Notes: generated by a model not told the origin, from the sequence alone. A stretch of DNA of 64,000 nt from Minutocellus sp. GHC0000111 (GCA_977018835.1 OZ361257.1:310001-374000); one strand, 5' to 3'; positions 43,156 through 54,285 are shown, numbered from the stretch's first letter. Translations and numbers: made by a program.

Positions 43156-44643
43156 ATGGCCAGCAACCTCCGCAACGCGGTGCCACGCGTAGCCGTGGTG
43201 GGCGGCGGAATTACCGGCACGTTGGCCTCGCTCGTCCTCAAGAATCGCAACTGTTCCCCACTCCTAATCGATCGAGGCCATGGAGGCATGGGAGGGAGAC
43301 TGCGCAGCAACCGTTCCAGGTTGGCGCACTATCAGCAGTCGGCCGACCAGAAGCAGGGCAACAACTGCATGGTCGATGCGGGGGTCCAATTTTTCCGTGC
43401 ATCCGATCCCCGTCTTGCCACGGTATTCGGTATGTTGGAGAGGGCGGGGATGCTGTCGGTTTGGGAAGGCCGATTCGGTTTATTGGGCAGTCGAGGGGGC
43501 GGATTCTTACCCAGTTCGATTGTTGGCGGGGCAGGTCTTTGTGGAATGGGACGGGTCGGACCTGACGGTACGGTATCAGCCTCGTACGAAGAAGATTCCA
43601 AGGAGCAAAAGGCACATATGCAGCAACATACCGATGCAGGTGACTTTTGTGGCTTTGTGCAAAACCACCGACCAGATACGACCCCAACGTACGTGGCGAG
43701 TGGGAGTAATACCAACCTCTGCCCCGCCATTTGTGCTCAGGCCGGCATCGACACCATCTCAGACGCTCTCGTCGTCAAGGCATCCACAGTTCCTGGTGGT
43801 GGATGGAAACTTGAGCTGGAAGGAAACGACAGCGATGGTATTGGGGCCGTGAATGACTCCATATTTGATGCCTTGGTATTGGCCACTCACGACGCATCGC
43901 TAGCGGCATCCACTGTGAAATCCATTGCCAATGCCGAGGCGGAGGCTTTGCAAGCGGCAGGAATGTCGGAAGCCGATGTAGCTGCTGGTGGGGGCATTCA
44001 GGATCGGTTGAATCATCTGGGAGATGACTTGCAGTCACTCCGGGACGATGGCAGATTACCTCTCTTTACTTGGTCGGGACGATTCGATAACGAGTTCTCT
44101 GGAACTATCCCATTTGACGGGGCAAGCGTACCAGGATCCCATACTGTACAGTTCCTCGCACGGGAGGCATCTAAGCCAGGACGAGTGAAGCAAGAACAAC
44201 GCAATACAAAAGAAGATGCAATTTGGACGGCCGTCAGTACTTCAGCGTTCGCTGCTGATGTCTTGAAACGCCTAGGATCGACCAGAGAAGCCAGTGAGGA
44301 GGCATCGCGAGTAATGTCCAATGAGGTGTCTGCTCTGCTTGCTTCGGCAGCTTCTGCCAATGCGGTTGGAAAAGATGCTGGTACCAACAATGCCAACGAC
44401 AACACCCAATCACCCATTCATCAACCTCTAGATGCCTCTGCCGTGCGCTGGGCCTCCGCCCTTACGTCCAAGACCCTTGGATTGAAAGAGGACAGCGTGG
44501 CACTGGCTCCGTGGCGTCTGGCAATCTGTGGCGATTTCATCCGCGAACAAGATGCTCACGAGACGCCATTTGAAGCAGCGGCATTGTCCGGGCTTGAAGC
44601 TGGAGAAAGGGTTGCTTCTTTCTTTGCTCAGCAAGAGCAATAG
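43156..44643 (+). CDS. Renalase-like FAD/NAD(P)-dependent oxidoreductase
   Basis: VAVVGGGITG, DRGHGGMGGRL, DAGVQFFRA, FDALVLA, LAICGDF..EAAALSGLEAG. Confidence 0.85.
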   Translation: MASNLRNAVPRVAVVGGGITGTLASLVLKNRNCSPLLIDRGHGGMGGRLRSNRSRLAHYQQSADQKQGNNCMVDAGVQFFRASDPRLATVFGMLERAGMLSVWEGRFGLLGSRGGGFLPSSIVGGAGLCGMGRVGPDGTVSASYEEDSKEQKAHMQQHTDAGDFCGFVQNHRPDTTPTYVASGSNTNLCPAICAQAGIDTISDALVVKASTVPGGGWKLELEGNDSDGIGAVNDSIFDALVLATHDASLAASTVKSIANAEAEALQAAGMSEADVAAGGGIQDRLNHLGDDLQSLRDDGRLPLFTWSGRFDNEFSGTIPFDGASVPGSHTVQFLAREASKPGRVKQEQRNTKEDAIWTAVSTSAFAADVLKRLGSTREASEEASRVMSNEVSALLASAASANAVGKDAGTNNANDNTQSPIHQPLDASAVRWASALTSKTLGLKEDSVALAPWRLAICGDFIREQDAHETPFEAAALSGLEAGERVASFFAQQEQ

Positions 44644-44854
44644 AGAGCTAGAATATGATATATCTACTGCCCAATGAGCTGCAGAGGCCAAATTCTTCTC
44701 TTTGTAATGCATACTATTATGTAAAATAAGACATTTCTAGATCTACGACCTAAGGTAGGTGATTTTCGCCATTCGCTATAGAATAGGATGATGCCAGGCA
44801 TTCAGGAACTAAACAATGCGCAATACAAATATGAAGGGCCAACACATCAAAAAG

Positions 44855-45640
44855 TTAGAGGAAGCTAAGGAAGAACGAAAGGATAACAATCATAGAAGCC
44901 ATTTCGTTGTTGAATGCGCCATATCCACTGCTCGAGTCATCGCCGTCGCCCGACTCTCCTGGGTCGCCCGACGCTTCAGGATCCGTCGATGCTTCGGAAG
45001 GATCAGAGGAGGAATCCGCCATGGCTGGATCTTTCGTTTCGATGAAGGCCTGCAGCAGGTCGCCACGGCGATTGAGGATAGCTCTGGTACCTTCAATCTC
45101 GGCCCGGTCGCTCATCATGTAGAGCGTCTTCTGGCCTCCTTCATTGGGAGCGTAAGGGGCCGCCTGCTGATTCTCACAACACCCACCAAAGTCATCGTTG
45201 AAGTTCGAAATCTGCTCGAGATATCCGTCATCTTCAGTGATTGCTTGACCGTGGCTGCGCACGACGAGATGGATCTCGGCTTCGGGCGACGTCCAGCCAC
45301 GCTGAAGGCCCTTGAAGTCAATTTCAGCATCGAGATTCTGAAGTGGGTCGGCGGTACGGTAGAGACCGGCAGTCAGGTGTAGCTTGCCTTCTTCGCTGGA
45401 AATACCGCCAGCAGCACAGATGGCAGCGGGCTCGGCGTCCTCGTTGGCGAGGTCGCCGCTTCCGCAGGCAATATTCTCGCCAGGAGCGGTTGAACAAGCA
45501 GAGGGATTGTTGAAGATCACCCACCAGACCGTCACGGCACTTTTGGTGGGAACCTCGGAAATCTTTTCGCCCTCCGCTGTGAAGGCAAAAAAGGCGTGAC
45601 ACGTGAGAAGGATCGATGAAACGACCTGGTAAAAATTCAT
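44855..45640 (-). CDS. Secreted, probably GPI-anchored surface protein of unknown function
   Basis: Signal peptide; globular core (AVTVWWVIFNNPSAC..AEIHLVVRSHG); acidic D/S/G/P spacer; hydrophobic C-terminus with no cytosolic tail. Confidence 0.75.
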   Translation of the reverse strand: MNFYQVVSSILLTCHAFFAFTAEGEKISEVPTKSAVTVWWVIFNNPSACSTAPGENIACGSGDLANEDAEPAAICAAGGISSEEGKLHLTAGLYRTADPLQNLDAEIDFKGLQRGWTSPEAEIHLVVRSHGQAITEDDGYLEQISNFNDDFGGCCENQQAAPYAPNEGGQKTLYMMSDRAEIEGTRAILNRRGDLLQAFIETKDPAMADSSSDPSEASTDPEASGDPGESGDGDDSSSGYGAFNNEMASMIVILSFFLSFL

Positions 45641-46213
45641 TGTGCGCGGCTGTTATCTTGTGAAATCAATGCGATCGAACAGGATAAAAGTGAAGAATCC
45701 GGGAAAGGAAGTTGCAAGTAATAGGCTTCTTTATCTGATAACAGGTAGTCTCGTTCGGCCAATGGTACCGCTCTTCATTTCCATCTTCAGCGAGTGCAGC
45801 CAAATCGAAAAGCCTTCCTGCTTTCGAAGCTTCGCAGGCATCATCAGAAGAGCTCTGCGCTGCGAACCGGATTCTCCTAGCAGTCGGATATGGAAGTAAA
45901 AACAATTATGGCGGTGGTTTTTGAGCGTCACTGAAGACGCGACGTCACAGCGTTTTGGCCCTTTAGGCCTCCTGATTCCCGGTCATCGGCCCGGGTTTGG
46001 TCGTCGCTTTCGCGTCAATCTTGTGCACTCTCGACATGCCAAGACCAACGCTTGCACACAGAACTCAAGCCACAGAGCATCCGGGAACGCATGCCGCCCC
46101 ACAATTGACAAAACTGCGCGTAGATCTACTCTTGGAGCTCCAAGCGTAACCATACTACGTAGTATTATCGAGCTCCTCTCTCGCCGCCTCGCCACTCTTT
46201 CCTTTCGACCAAA

Positions 46214-47675
46214 ATGACCGCCGATAGATCGAGCTGCGCCGAGCGTGATGCCGCCAGCTCTCACCAACTGCCGATGCAGAAGTTGGAGGTAGTTATGAAC
46301 CTAAAGATGGAGGTTGCAGAGCTTCGTACTAGTTTAGACGATTCTAGGCACCTGGCAACTCAGTACAGAGAGCAGACCACTTCTCTACAATCCAAGCTGA
46401 CTGCTGCGACAAAAGAGCGTGATAATCTCTCGGAAAAACTCTCCAAGTACAAGGCCAACATGCTACAAATGAAAACGATGATCGACACTCTCAAGAGGGA
46501 GCGCACCGAAATGCTCGTCAAGCTGGAGGCCGCCCAGAGTGAGGCCATCGAATGTCGTAATCGATCTCGTCAGCTTCTCCAATCCAACGAAAATCTAATG
46601 AGCGAGCGCGATTCTCTAAGCGGAATGGTCATATCCGAGGAAGAGCGCAGAGCTTCAGCTGCTCGCCGAGTACGAAGAACTTCACTGCTCAGCCAGGTGA
46701 GCCTCGGTAGTATTAGCCTTCACTTCACCCAGGCAGGAACAAGTCCTCATGATAGCAATTCGACCATTGACTCCAACGTCCTAGCTGACGTCGCCAAGGC
46801 CTTTGCAGGGACCGAGGTGCAAGCTCCCATCACTTCTAGCACAGTCGATATTCCAAAGGAAGGGTCAAGCCGACGCCCATCGAGGAGGAGTAGCTGGAGA
46901 CGTCCCTCTCTCATCAATTCACTCGAAGAAGAGACAGCCATTCCCGAGGGTGCATCTATCAGTGCAGTTACAACTTCTCGGCGCCGGTCTATACTAGTAC
47001 TGCAGAGAAGATCGTCTGAAATGTCCCTCGGACTTGACTCTGTGGCCGAAGACGAAGATCTCGCTGATGAGATCAGCCGCCTACGGGTAGAAGACGATGC
47101 CCTCCCTGTCACCTTACCAACAACAGTCGTCGGTCGACAAACTAGCACCTGTGTCTCAAAGCTCGGCGATCAAGCGCCGAATCCTTTGACACGCAAGATG
47201 ATCGATGGCCAGAATAGCATCACGCTGAACGATATCATTCTTCCTCAGGCAGAAGACGATCCTCTTCAAGACAGTGATGGCACCAACAAAGATGTCATCG
47301 ACTTCCTACGGAATGCAAGTCATCAGCTTTCCAACGCCGAGTTTTATTGTTCGGAAGAAGAATCAGCCAACATGCCCTCGTCCGACGTACAGCATAATAC
47401 CATGTGTCCCATTGTCAACAAATCTGCATGGTCAGGAGTCTCTTCCTCCTGCTACGGGTGACGATGTTTCCACAAACATACCTGCTAGTATCAAGAAAGT
47501 GCCCTCGGGGGTCCTGGATAGAGTGATCGGCGGTCTCTTCCAAGAACGAGTTGACACCCAGGATCAACATCAAACGAAGGAGAATAAGAAAGAGGAGACT
47601 TGTCATCCTAGCGGCACGATTTCCCTCGCTACAAGAATGCCCAGAAGGAACTCCCTCAACTCAAAAATGGCATAA
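46214..47675 (+). CDS. Hypothetical coiled-coil protein with RRxS-rich disordered tail (ends at 47461, or at 47675 if frameshifted near 47410)
   Basis: 415-aa ORF with a heptad-rich N-terminal half. The overlapping ORF 47274..47675 looks like its continuation. Confidence 0.6.
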
Positions 47676-47867
47676 ACATACTAGAATTTATTTGTGTGAA
47701 TATTGATTCGTAAATTAAAAGTCCTTTTTGATTATTTAATTGAAAGTGTGTATCGATGAAGTATGTATCGGTTGTTTAGGTTGTTTAGCAAACAACTGTT
47801 CCCAGTTTTGAGTTGAGAGGACTGCTTGTGATCCATGAGTAATTGTGATAATGCACTGCCATGATTA

Positions 47868-49349
47868 TCAGTAACCAGTGCATTTGAAGAAGGACTCTCC
47901 CATCATTCTTAGAATAGAACTCATGCCACCATCTGCAGCGTCGTCTCTCTCCCTGCCGCTCCTTCCTCTCTCCTCCTCTCGTTTCCGTGCCCTTTGTTCA
48001 AGCTTTTCGGCACTCTGCAATAATTCCTGTGCTGAACTTGAATGCTGCCGGAAGTGTTTCTGCTCGATTCCTTGATTATGTTCGGCCATCATTGTCTTGG
48101 AGCTTTCCTCCGGAACCAAGCCACGACTTAGAAGGCTTCGGCGGCTACTATTGGCACCTCCTAGGCTTTTTCGCAGACCACCTCGGCCATCCGACTGCCG
48201 TTCCAGAGTAGCCGGGATATCCAGAGGAGCTGGCTTCCACATCCACGACGCCCTGGCTTCGTCTTCATTACCAGTATCTCCGTTGCAAGCGGCACCGCCA
48301 CCGCTCAGACCCATCGTGAGCCATTCCTGAAACATCTTGGTCTGATCTGACATTTTATCCAGCATCCTGTACTCATCGTCCTCGTCGCTATCAGCAGAGA
48401 ACGTACCGGCCACGTCCATCAGCGATTTGGCCTTGGACTGCATCGCAACCTCGTCGTCATCATCATCGGTGGATTCCGACGACGATGCTTGGATGATTTC
48501 GTAGTTCCGAATGGCCCTCTGGATGCCAGTGATCTTGACCTGTCTCTGCTGTGGATCGTCGTGAGCCAGGGTCGACATGGCCGTCGAGATGGACGATGCG
48601 TCACTGATGATGTCATCTTCACTAACCTCGTCATGGTAGCGGCGGCGTGGCCTCTCACTCCTGACCCGAGGACTGAATATCTCGATGCCCTGATATTGTT
48701 CGGCGTGATGATGCGTCGAAATGAGGATGGGTTGGTGCTGATTGTGGTGATCTTGGTGACGGACCCCATTCTTTGCACTACTTCTATTGGCGGCGGGATT
48801 GCTACCACTCGCCGATGCCGAGAGAGACGACGACGCGTAGAGAGAGTGTTGATTGGACATGGTCTCTTGAGCGGTGGTGAGGGTGTCGCAATTTCGCAGC
48901 TGCTGGCCCAGCTTAGCCTTTTGGTGCATGGCATCGGTGCTCTGCTCGTTGTCCCCCCCAGGAGTTGCCAGACGATCTTCGCGACGGTAGTACTTGGACA
49001 CGCTCGATTCCGATGCCGACTCCTGTTGCTGACTTGCTGCATCGGCAGAGAAATCCAACGATTTGGCTGGTCTGTGACCAGGGCGTTGCTTGGTATTACT
49101 TGGAGTTCTCGGTGGCAGCGGCGACTTGGGATTATATCGTCTGGTGCCTGCAGTTGTGCCGCCATGGCGTTGCTGCTTGTCAACGGCTCCATGCATTGGT
49201 GAACTGGCCAGCCTAGAATGCGCTGGCGTCGGCGTCAGCCCCGACGCCCCTTGATGACGGGAATGAGATTGTGCTCCACCAGGCGAATGGATGTTGCTTG
49301 CACTCGCAAACTGCCTCATCGGCGAGTAGCCGTGCAGAGGTGATTCCAT
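47868..49349 (-). CDS. Hypothetical disordered protein
   Basis: 493-aa ATG ORF, S/Q/H/D-rich, ending ILRMMGESFFKCTGY. Confidence 0.65.
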   Translation of the reverse strand: MESPLHGYSPMRQFASASNIHSPGGAQSHSRHQGASGLTPTPAHSRLASSPMHGAVDKQQRHGGTTAGTRRYNPKSPLPPRTPSNTKQRPGHRPAKSLDFSADAASQQQESASESSVSKYYRREDRLATPGGDNEQSTDAMHQKAKLGQQLRNCDTLTTAQETMSNQHSLYASSSLSASASGSNPAANRSSAKNGVRHQDHHNQHQPILISTHHHAEQYQGIEIFSPRVRSERPRRRYHDEVSEDDIISDASSISTAMSTLAHDDPQQRQVKITGIQRAIRNYEIIQASSSESTDDDDDEVAMQSKAKSLMDVAGTFSADSDEDDEYRMLDKMSDQTKMFQEWLTMGLSGGGAACNGDTGNEDEARASWMWKPAPLDIPATLERQSDGRGGLRKSLGGANSSRRSLLSRGLVPEESSKTMMAEHNQGIEQKHFRQHSSSAQELLQSAEKLEQRARKREEERGRSGRERDDAADGGMSSILRMMGESFFKCTGY

Positions 49350-49839
49350 GGCTCTGTCGATAGATATGCAAATTGGTACGTAATGGACTGGACTGGTGCT
49401 TTACACTAGCCCGTCGAATAGCAATGCTCTCATCAGTTCCCACGCCGCCCACTGCACTTCACCTTGTGATGGACACAGTGTTTGGCTAATCCGTAGTAAC
49501 TGGCGATAGTGATTCTTGCCGTTGCGCCGTTGGCGGGAATGATGCTGGGCCAAGTCGTCGTCGTGATAAAAAAATCGGCGAGGCAGCAAAAAATCCTTGC
49601 TTGCGATTGCACATACAATTTCAAGGAGTACAGGGGCCTGTGCATGTACGATCTGGGACGATCTTATCTTCTATCCGATAATTCGGGTTTTTGGCAAGTG
49701 CGTGTTTCCTACGAAGGCCAGACGAATCTTGATCGCATTCTTCCTTTCCCTTCGATTTCATTCTCGGTACACGTATCCATCGTTGCGTTGGTGCTGGCTA
49801 CTCTCTCCAGTTGCTTGGTCCCCGGCATCACAAAGGATA

Positions 49840-51957
49840 ATGCGCCTTACCGTCGCGGCCCTCATCTTGCAGGGCGCCGTCGCCTTCCATCATGCCGGAA
49901 ATGGCGCCGCATCCAACCGGCATGGCACAACACGTGCTCGACGAAAATGCAACCGGCCCAAAACAGCACCAACTGACAAATTGCTACCTTTCAGCAAAAC
50001 CTCTTCCACCAGCACACTAACAACGACGACGACAACGACGACATCCCTCCAAGCCGCCAACCCAGACGATGTGGTGCCGATACTAAAATTCTTCGGCGCC
50101 TCCCTCGTTCTGGTCGGTGGCGCCGTCCTCTTCGGGATGGGCAGCCAGGTCGACGAACGCAAACGCCAAACGCTCGAGAAGCAGGAATACAAACGATATT
50201 TACAACGGCAGGCGGCCGAGGCGGCCAAGCCCAAAAAGGTGTATCCCAAGGGACCCAAGCAGATCGAGGCAGAACGGAAATGGGCCGAGGCCGAAAGAGC
50301 TGCCCGAGAGCAGGCCGAACAGGCGGCCATGCGACTGGCGGCTGAGCAGGCTGCCAGGGAACAGGCCGAGGCGGAGCAGATGGAAGCGGAAGCGGCCCGT
50401 CGACGGATGGCGGAATTGGAGGCGGCCGCGTCTGTATTGGAAGTTGAAGAATCTACAGTGTCACAGCAGTCGGCTCCAGTATCACCAGCGCCGCCGGCGC
50501 CGTCGGAGACAGCTGTGGAATCGGCGCCTGTACAGCCATCGTATCTGGATGCAATCGATGAAGTGTGTGAGGCTCCTCCCGCAGCAGCCTCGGGTGCGCA
50601 ACCCGCATTCACCAGCGGCGCTGGCAGTGGGACGAATTATTTGGATGCAATAACCGAGGTATGCGAAGCACCCGACGGCACCACTTCACCTTCGGAGGAG
50701 TGCGCCGGCGCCATCAGCAACTACCTCGATGCTTTGTCCCTGTCGGCTGCTCAACCCATTGACGCTGGACCGGGCATTGCCAATTATCTGGACAATATTG
50801 CCAATGCCGGCGCAGATGCTTCTTCAGCATCGCCGCCTTCTTGGATGGAACCCTCGCAAGGCAAAATTTCTGATGCCAGAACAAGTGACGATGAGAACAT
50901 TGAGGAGCCGGATGAGGTACTACCCTCCACAACGCCTGCCGTGGCCGACTATCTCAATGCCCTATCCAGCGGAGAAATCAGCCCCCCATCGGCACCCTCT
51001 GTGAAGAGCTTCCTGGATGAGGTAGGATCTGGTGCTCTTCCTGGCTCCGGGGCCGCAATTGCAGGCTATCTGGCATCGCTCGATGCGGCATCAACTGCCA
51101 CCCGAGCCACCGGTCAAGGTGTTCCGACCTATCTCGATACAGTGACAGTGACAAGTGGTCCCTCCATTGCCACTGGAGGCAGTGGAGGCAGGAGTGGCCC
51201 AGCAAACTATTTAGCAGATATATCCAGCAGTGGCCCCACAAGTAATGTCATTGGAAAAACGGAGGAGGCGACAACGTCTGCTGCCCCTTCAATTGATGCT
51301 GAATTGGAAACGACCAGTTCCACCGATGCCGACCCTTCTTCCTCGTCGACCAAATCTTCATACCTGGATGCGATCAGCGAGGCATGCGATGGCGACCAAC
51401 CCACCGAGGTTTGTGCTCCAGCAATTAGCAATTATTTGGATGCCCTCAGCACCGGAGTGGCCCAACCGTCTCGGATAGCCTCGGCGGGAATTAGCAGCTA
51501 CCTCGATTCTATTGGCGGTGGCGTAAGTGTTTCTGAGGGTGGATCAGGATCAATGTCCTACTTGGATGCGCTGGAAGATGGAACTAGCCCTGCCCCTGAT
51601 GCTGGTACTTCAAAAACCGAGGCTACTATATCAAATTACCTTAAAGATGTATCGTCGGGCAGCGTTGCGGCTCCCTCCGCTGCCGAGGTTAAAATTTATC
51701 TCGACGAACTTCAGAACTCCAACGCACCTCGAGCTACTGGCAGTGGAGTCCCTTCCTATCTCGATTCAGTGGCGTCGAATGATGGTCCCTCTATATCAAC
51801 CAACGGTGGATCTGGACCCACAAGCTACCTTGATTCCATCGGTTCACCTGTCGCCATTAATACAAAATCGAAAACTGAAGCAATCAGGAATGACGATGGG
51901 TCTTTTACAATCCAGAGAGATGTTACCGTCGTCATAGGACAAGAGAAAGAATGCTAA
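49840..51957 (+). CDS. Plastid-targeted single-pass membrane protein with charged helical stalk and 17 YLD(A/S)(L/I)-type repeats
   Basis: MRLTVAALILQGAVA-F signal, Thr-rich transit region, TM segment FFGASLVLVGGAVLFGMG, E/A/R/Q helix, then repeats in S/G/A/P/T spacers. Confidence 0.85.
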   Translation: MRLTVAALILQGAVAFHHAGNGAASNRHGTTRARRKCNRPKTAPTDKLLPFSKTSSTSTLTTTTTTTTSLQAANPDDVVPILKFFGASLVLVGGAVLFGMGSQVDERKRQTLEKQEYKRYLQRQAAEAAKPKKVYPKGPKQIEAERKWAEAERAAREQAEQAAMRLAAEQAAREQAEAEQMEAEAARRRMAELEAAASVLEVEESTVSQQSAPVSPAPPAPSETAVESAPVQPSYLDAIDEVCEAPPAAASGAQPAFTSGAGSGTNYLDAITEVCEAPDGTTSPSEECAGAISNYLDALSLSAAQPIDAGPGIANYLDNIANAGADASSASPPSWMEPSQGKISDARTSDDENIEEPDEVLPSTTPAVADYLNALSSGEISPPSAPSVKSFLDEVGSGALPGSGAAIAGYLASLDAASTATRATGQGVPTYLDTVTVTSGPSIATGGSGGRSGPANYLADISSSGPTSNVIGKTEEATTSAAPSIDAELETTSSTDADPSSSSTKSSYLDAISEACDGDQPTEVCAPAISNYLDALSTGVAQPSRIASAGISSYLDSIGGGVSVSEGGSGSMSYLDALEDGTSPAPDAGTSKTEATISNYLKDVSSGSVAAPSAAEVKIYLDELQNSNAPRATGSGVPSYLDSVASNDGPSISTNGGSGPTSYLDSIGSPVAINTKSKTEAIRNDDGSFTIQRDVTVVIGQEKEC

Positions 51958-52280
51958 TGGTGAACAAATGCTAAGATAATACAGTTTTGTTTTACTTGCT
52001 AGCTAGCTAACCAATTGACCTCTAGCTACATTGTACAATGTAGTTAGGAAAGTGCAGAAGTCGTCGTAGATCTACTTCTTCCTTCTCTGCTACATGTACA
52101 CATGTACATACATGTACCAGGTACGGCTGGAAACTCCGGAAAAAGAAGTCAAAGGCCTCCGCGGGACCTGAACTTCGCCGAATTTTCACTTCGCCGAAGC
52201 GCCGCCGAGAGAATTATTCGGCACCTCATCAAGCAAGATCATGAAACCCATTCTCACATCAGAACCCATCTCTCAGCCAA

Positions 52281-54177
52281 ATGATCGTCGCTACTAATGC
52301 AGCATCAGTGAGGGCCTCTTCTCTATGGTGTCATCACCTTAGAAGAAGGGCCTCTCGAACACACGTTCATGCCCTCTCATCTTTGTGCAAGGCGTCAGCG
52401 ACAGCTCCTCCCGACTACCCACCAGAGAAACGATGGACCGCCGTCCCACCCGCCAACGCTGTGCATCTGTCCATCGGCGCCGTCTACGTTTACAGCATGT
52501 GGACTCCCGGTATGACAACTGCGCTGGGAGTGGTGGGATCAGCGCCGTTGGATTGGACCATGACGGATGTTCTTCCGGTCTTCTCTACCGCGGCAGTTGT
52601 TTTGGGAGTCACAACATCGTCGCTTGGCAGTTGGGTCGAAAAGAGTGGCCCTAGAATGGCTGGTGCGGTTGGCAGCATATTCTGGGGATCGGCTTTGTGT
52701 ACCACGGCAGCTGGAGTGGAATATCATTCTCTGCCGCTGGTGTATCTCGGCTATGGCTTGTTTGGTGGAATTGGTTGGGGTCTCATGTACTTGGCCCCAG
52801 TTACAACAGTCATGAAGTGGTTCCCAGACAGACGTGGTCTTGCCACTGGCATTGCCTTGAGTGGCAGCAGTTGCGCCGAGTCTTATCCATGCGGCATGTG
52901 ACTTCTTTGCAATTGCGCCAGATTTCATCGGTCCTTCAAAAGATATGGCATTGACGGCATCAGAGGCAACCTCATATGTGTCAATCGATACACTTTCTGA
53001 TGGATCACAAGTTGTAGCCCAAGGATCTGCGTTGGGCGAACCAGGCCAACCGGTATTGGTCGCGACAGAATCGGATTTGTCCAAGGTACCGAATGTTACG
53101 ACTGGTCCTGGGGCATATGCGCTGGGCACAGGTGATAACGGCGCATCCAGGGCACTGGCTTCTTTGGGCATATTTTATGGTGCGTTGGGTCTTATTGGTA
53201 GTCGATTCATGAAAGTACCACATGAAAATTGGACGCCAAGCAAAACATCAAAAACCAGAGAGGATGATCCTGGTGAAGAGTCGGCAGTTGAGGCGACGAG
53301 CACAATCGATCACAACTTTGGGCTCCCTGCATCTTACGTTACCACCAATACAGTGCAATTCCCCTTACTTTGGATGGCAGTATTTGGAAACGCAACAGGC
53401 GGGTTAGCCCTATTATCGAGCAGCAAGCTGATCATGACCGACGTGTTCGCAGATTCTTTCTCGGACATTGTAACAGCGTCATTTGCTACGGGCTACGTCT
53501 CGTCTCTGGGAATCGGCATGGCGGTCGGTCGATTTGGTTGGTCCGCTCTCAGTGATAAGCTTGGGAGGCAAAATACTTACGCACTCTTTGGGTTAGGAAT
53601 GCCAATTGTCGGCCTGGCGCCAGCCCTTTGTCACGCTGCTAGTGCTGGCACGGCTTCGCCGGTATTGCTCGGTGCCTTTTACGGCGGGTCGGCCCTGGCC
53701 ATTACTTTTTATGGAGGATTGTTTTCCGTCTTGCCAGCTTACATTGCAGACCTCTTTGGACAACGTTATGCCGGTGCCATCCATGGCAAGGCCTTGACAG
53801 CTTGGGCGGCATCAGCCGTTTGCGGACCAATGGGATTGGCTTACCTGCGCTCGGAGTCATATCATTCAGCAATATATGATTTGCTCTCCTCGATTGAAGA
53901 CGAAGCAGCATTTGAATCTGCCTTTGGCTGCTCTTTGAACGATACGGAGCGAATCGAAACCTTGATTGATGCCAAGACCTTGTCTATATCGCGATTGATG
54001 GACATTGTACCGACTGGTACAGTTGATCCGACGCCGTTCCTCTATGACTCGACATTTTATGTCGCTGCGGGTTTGATGGGCACAGCCTTTTCCAACCTCG
54101 CAATTCGGCCGCTTGACGTCAAGAATGTTTTGGCTCAGTTGGAGGAGTCAGAACGAAATAAGATCAAAGAAGGCTAG
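52281..54177 (+). CDS. MFS transporter, OFA (oxalate:formate antiporter / L-lactate MFS) family; frame broken by a small deletion near 52861
   Basis: VHLSIGAVYVYSMW, GYGLFGGIGWGLMYLAPVTTVMKWFPDRRGLATGIALS, GRFGWSALSDKLGR, YGGLFSVLPAYIADLFGQRYAGAIHGKALTAW. Confidence 0.9.
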
Positions 54178-54285
54178 AACGGAGGTATAGATTAGTCTAG
54201 CGGTAGCGCAATTGGAATTCTCATCACACATTAATTGTATCTATTCGTAACATACATATTATTCTGATTTCTAATTTATAGGCTT

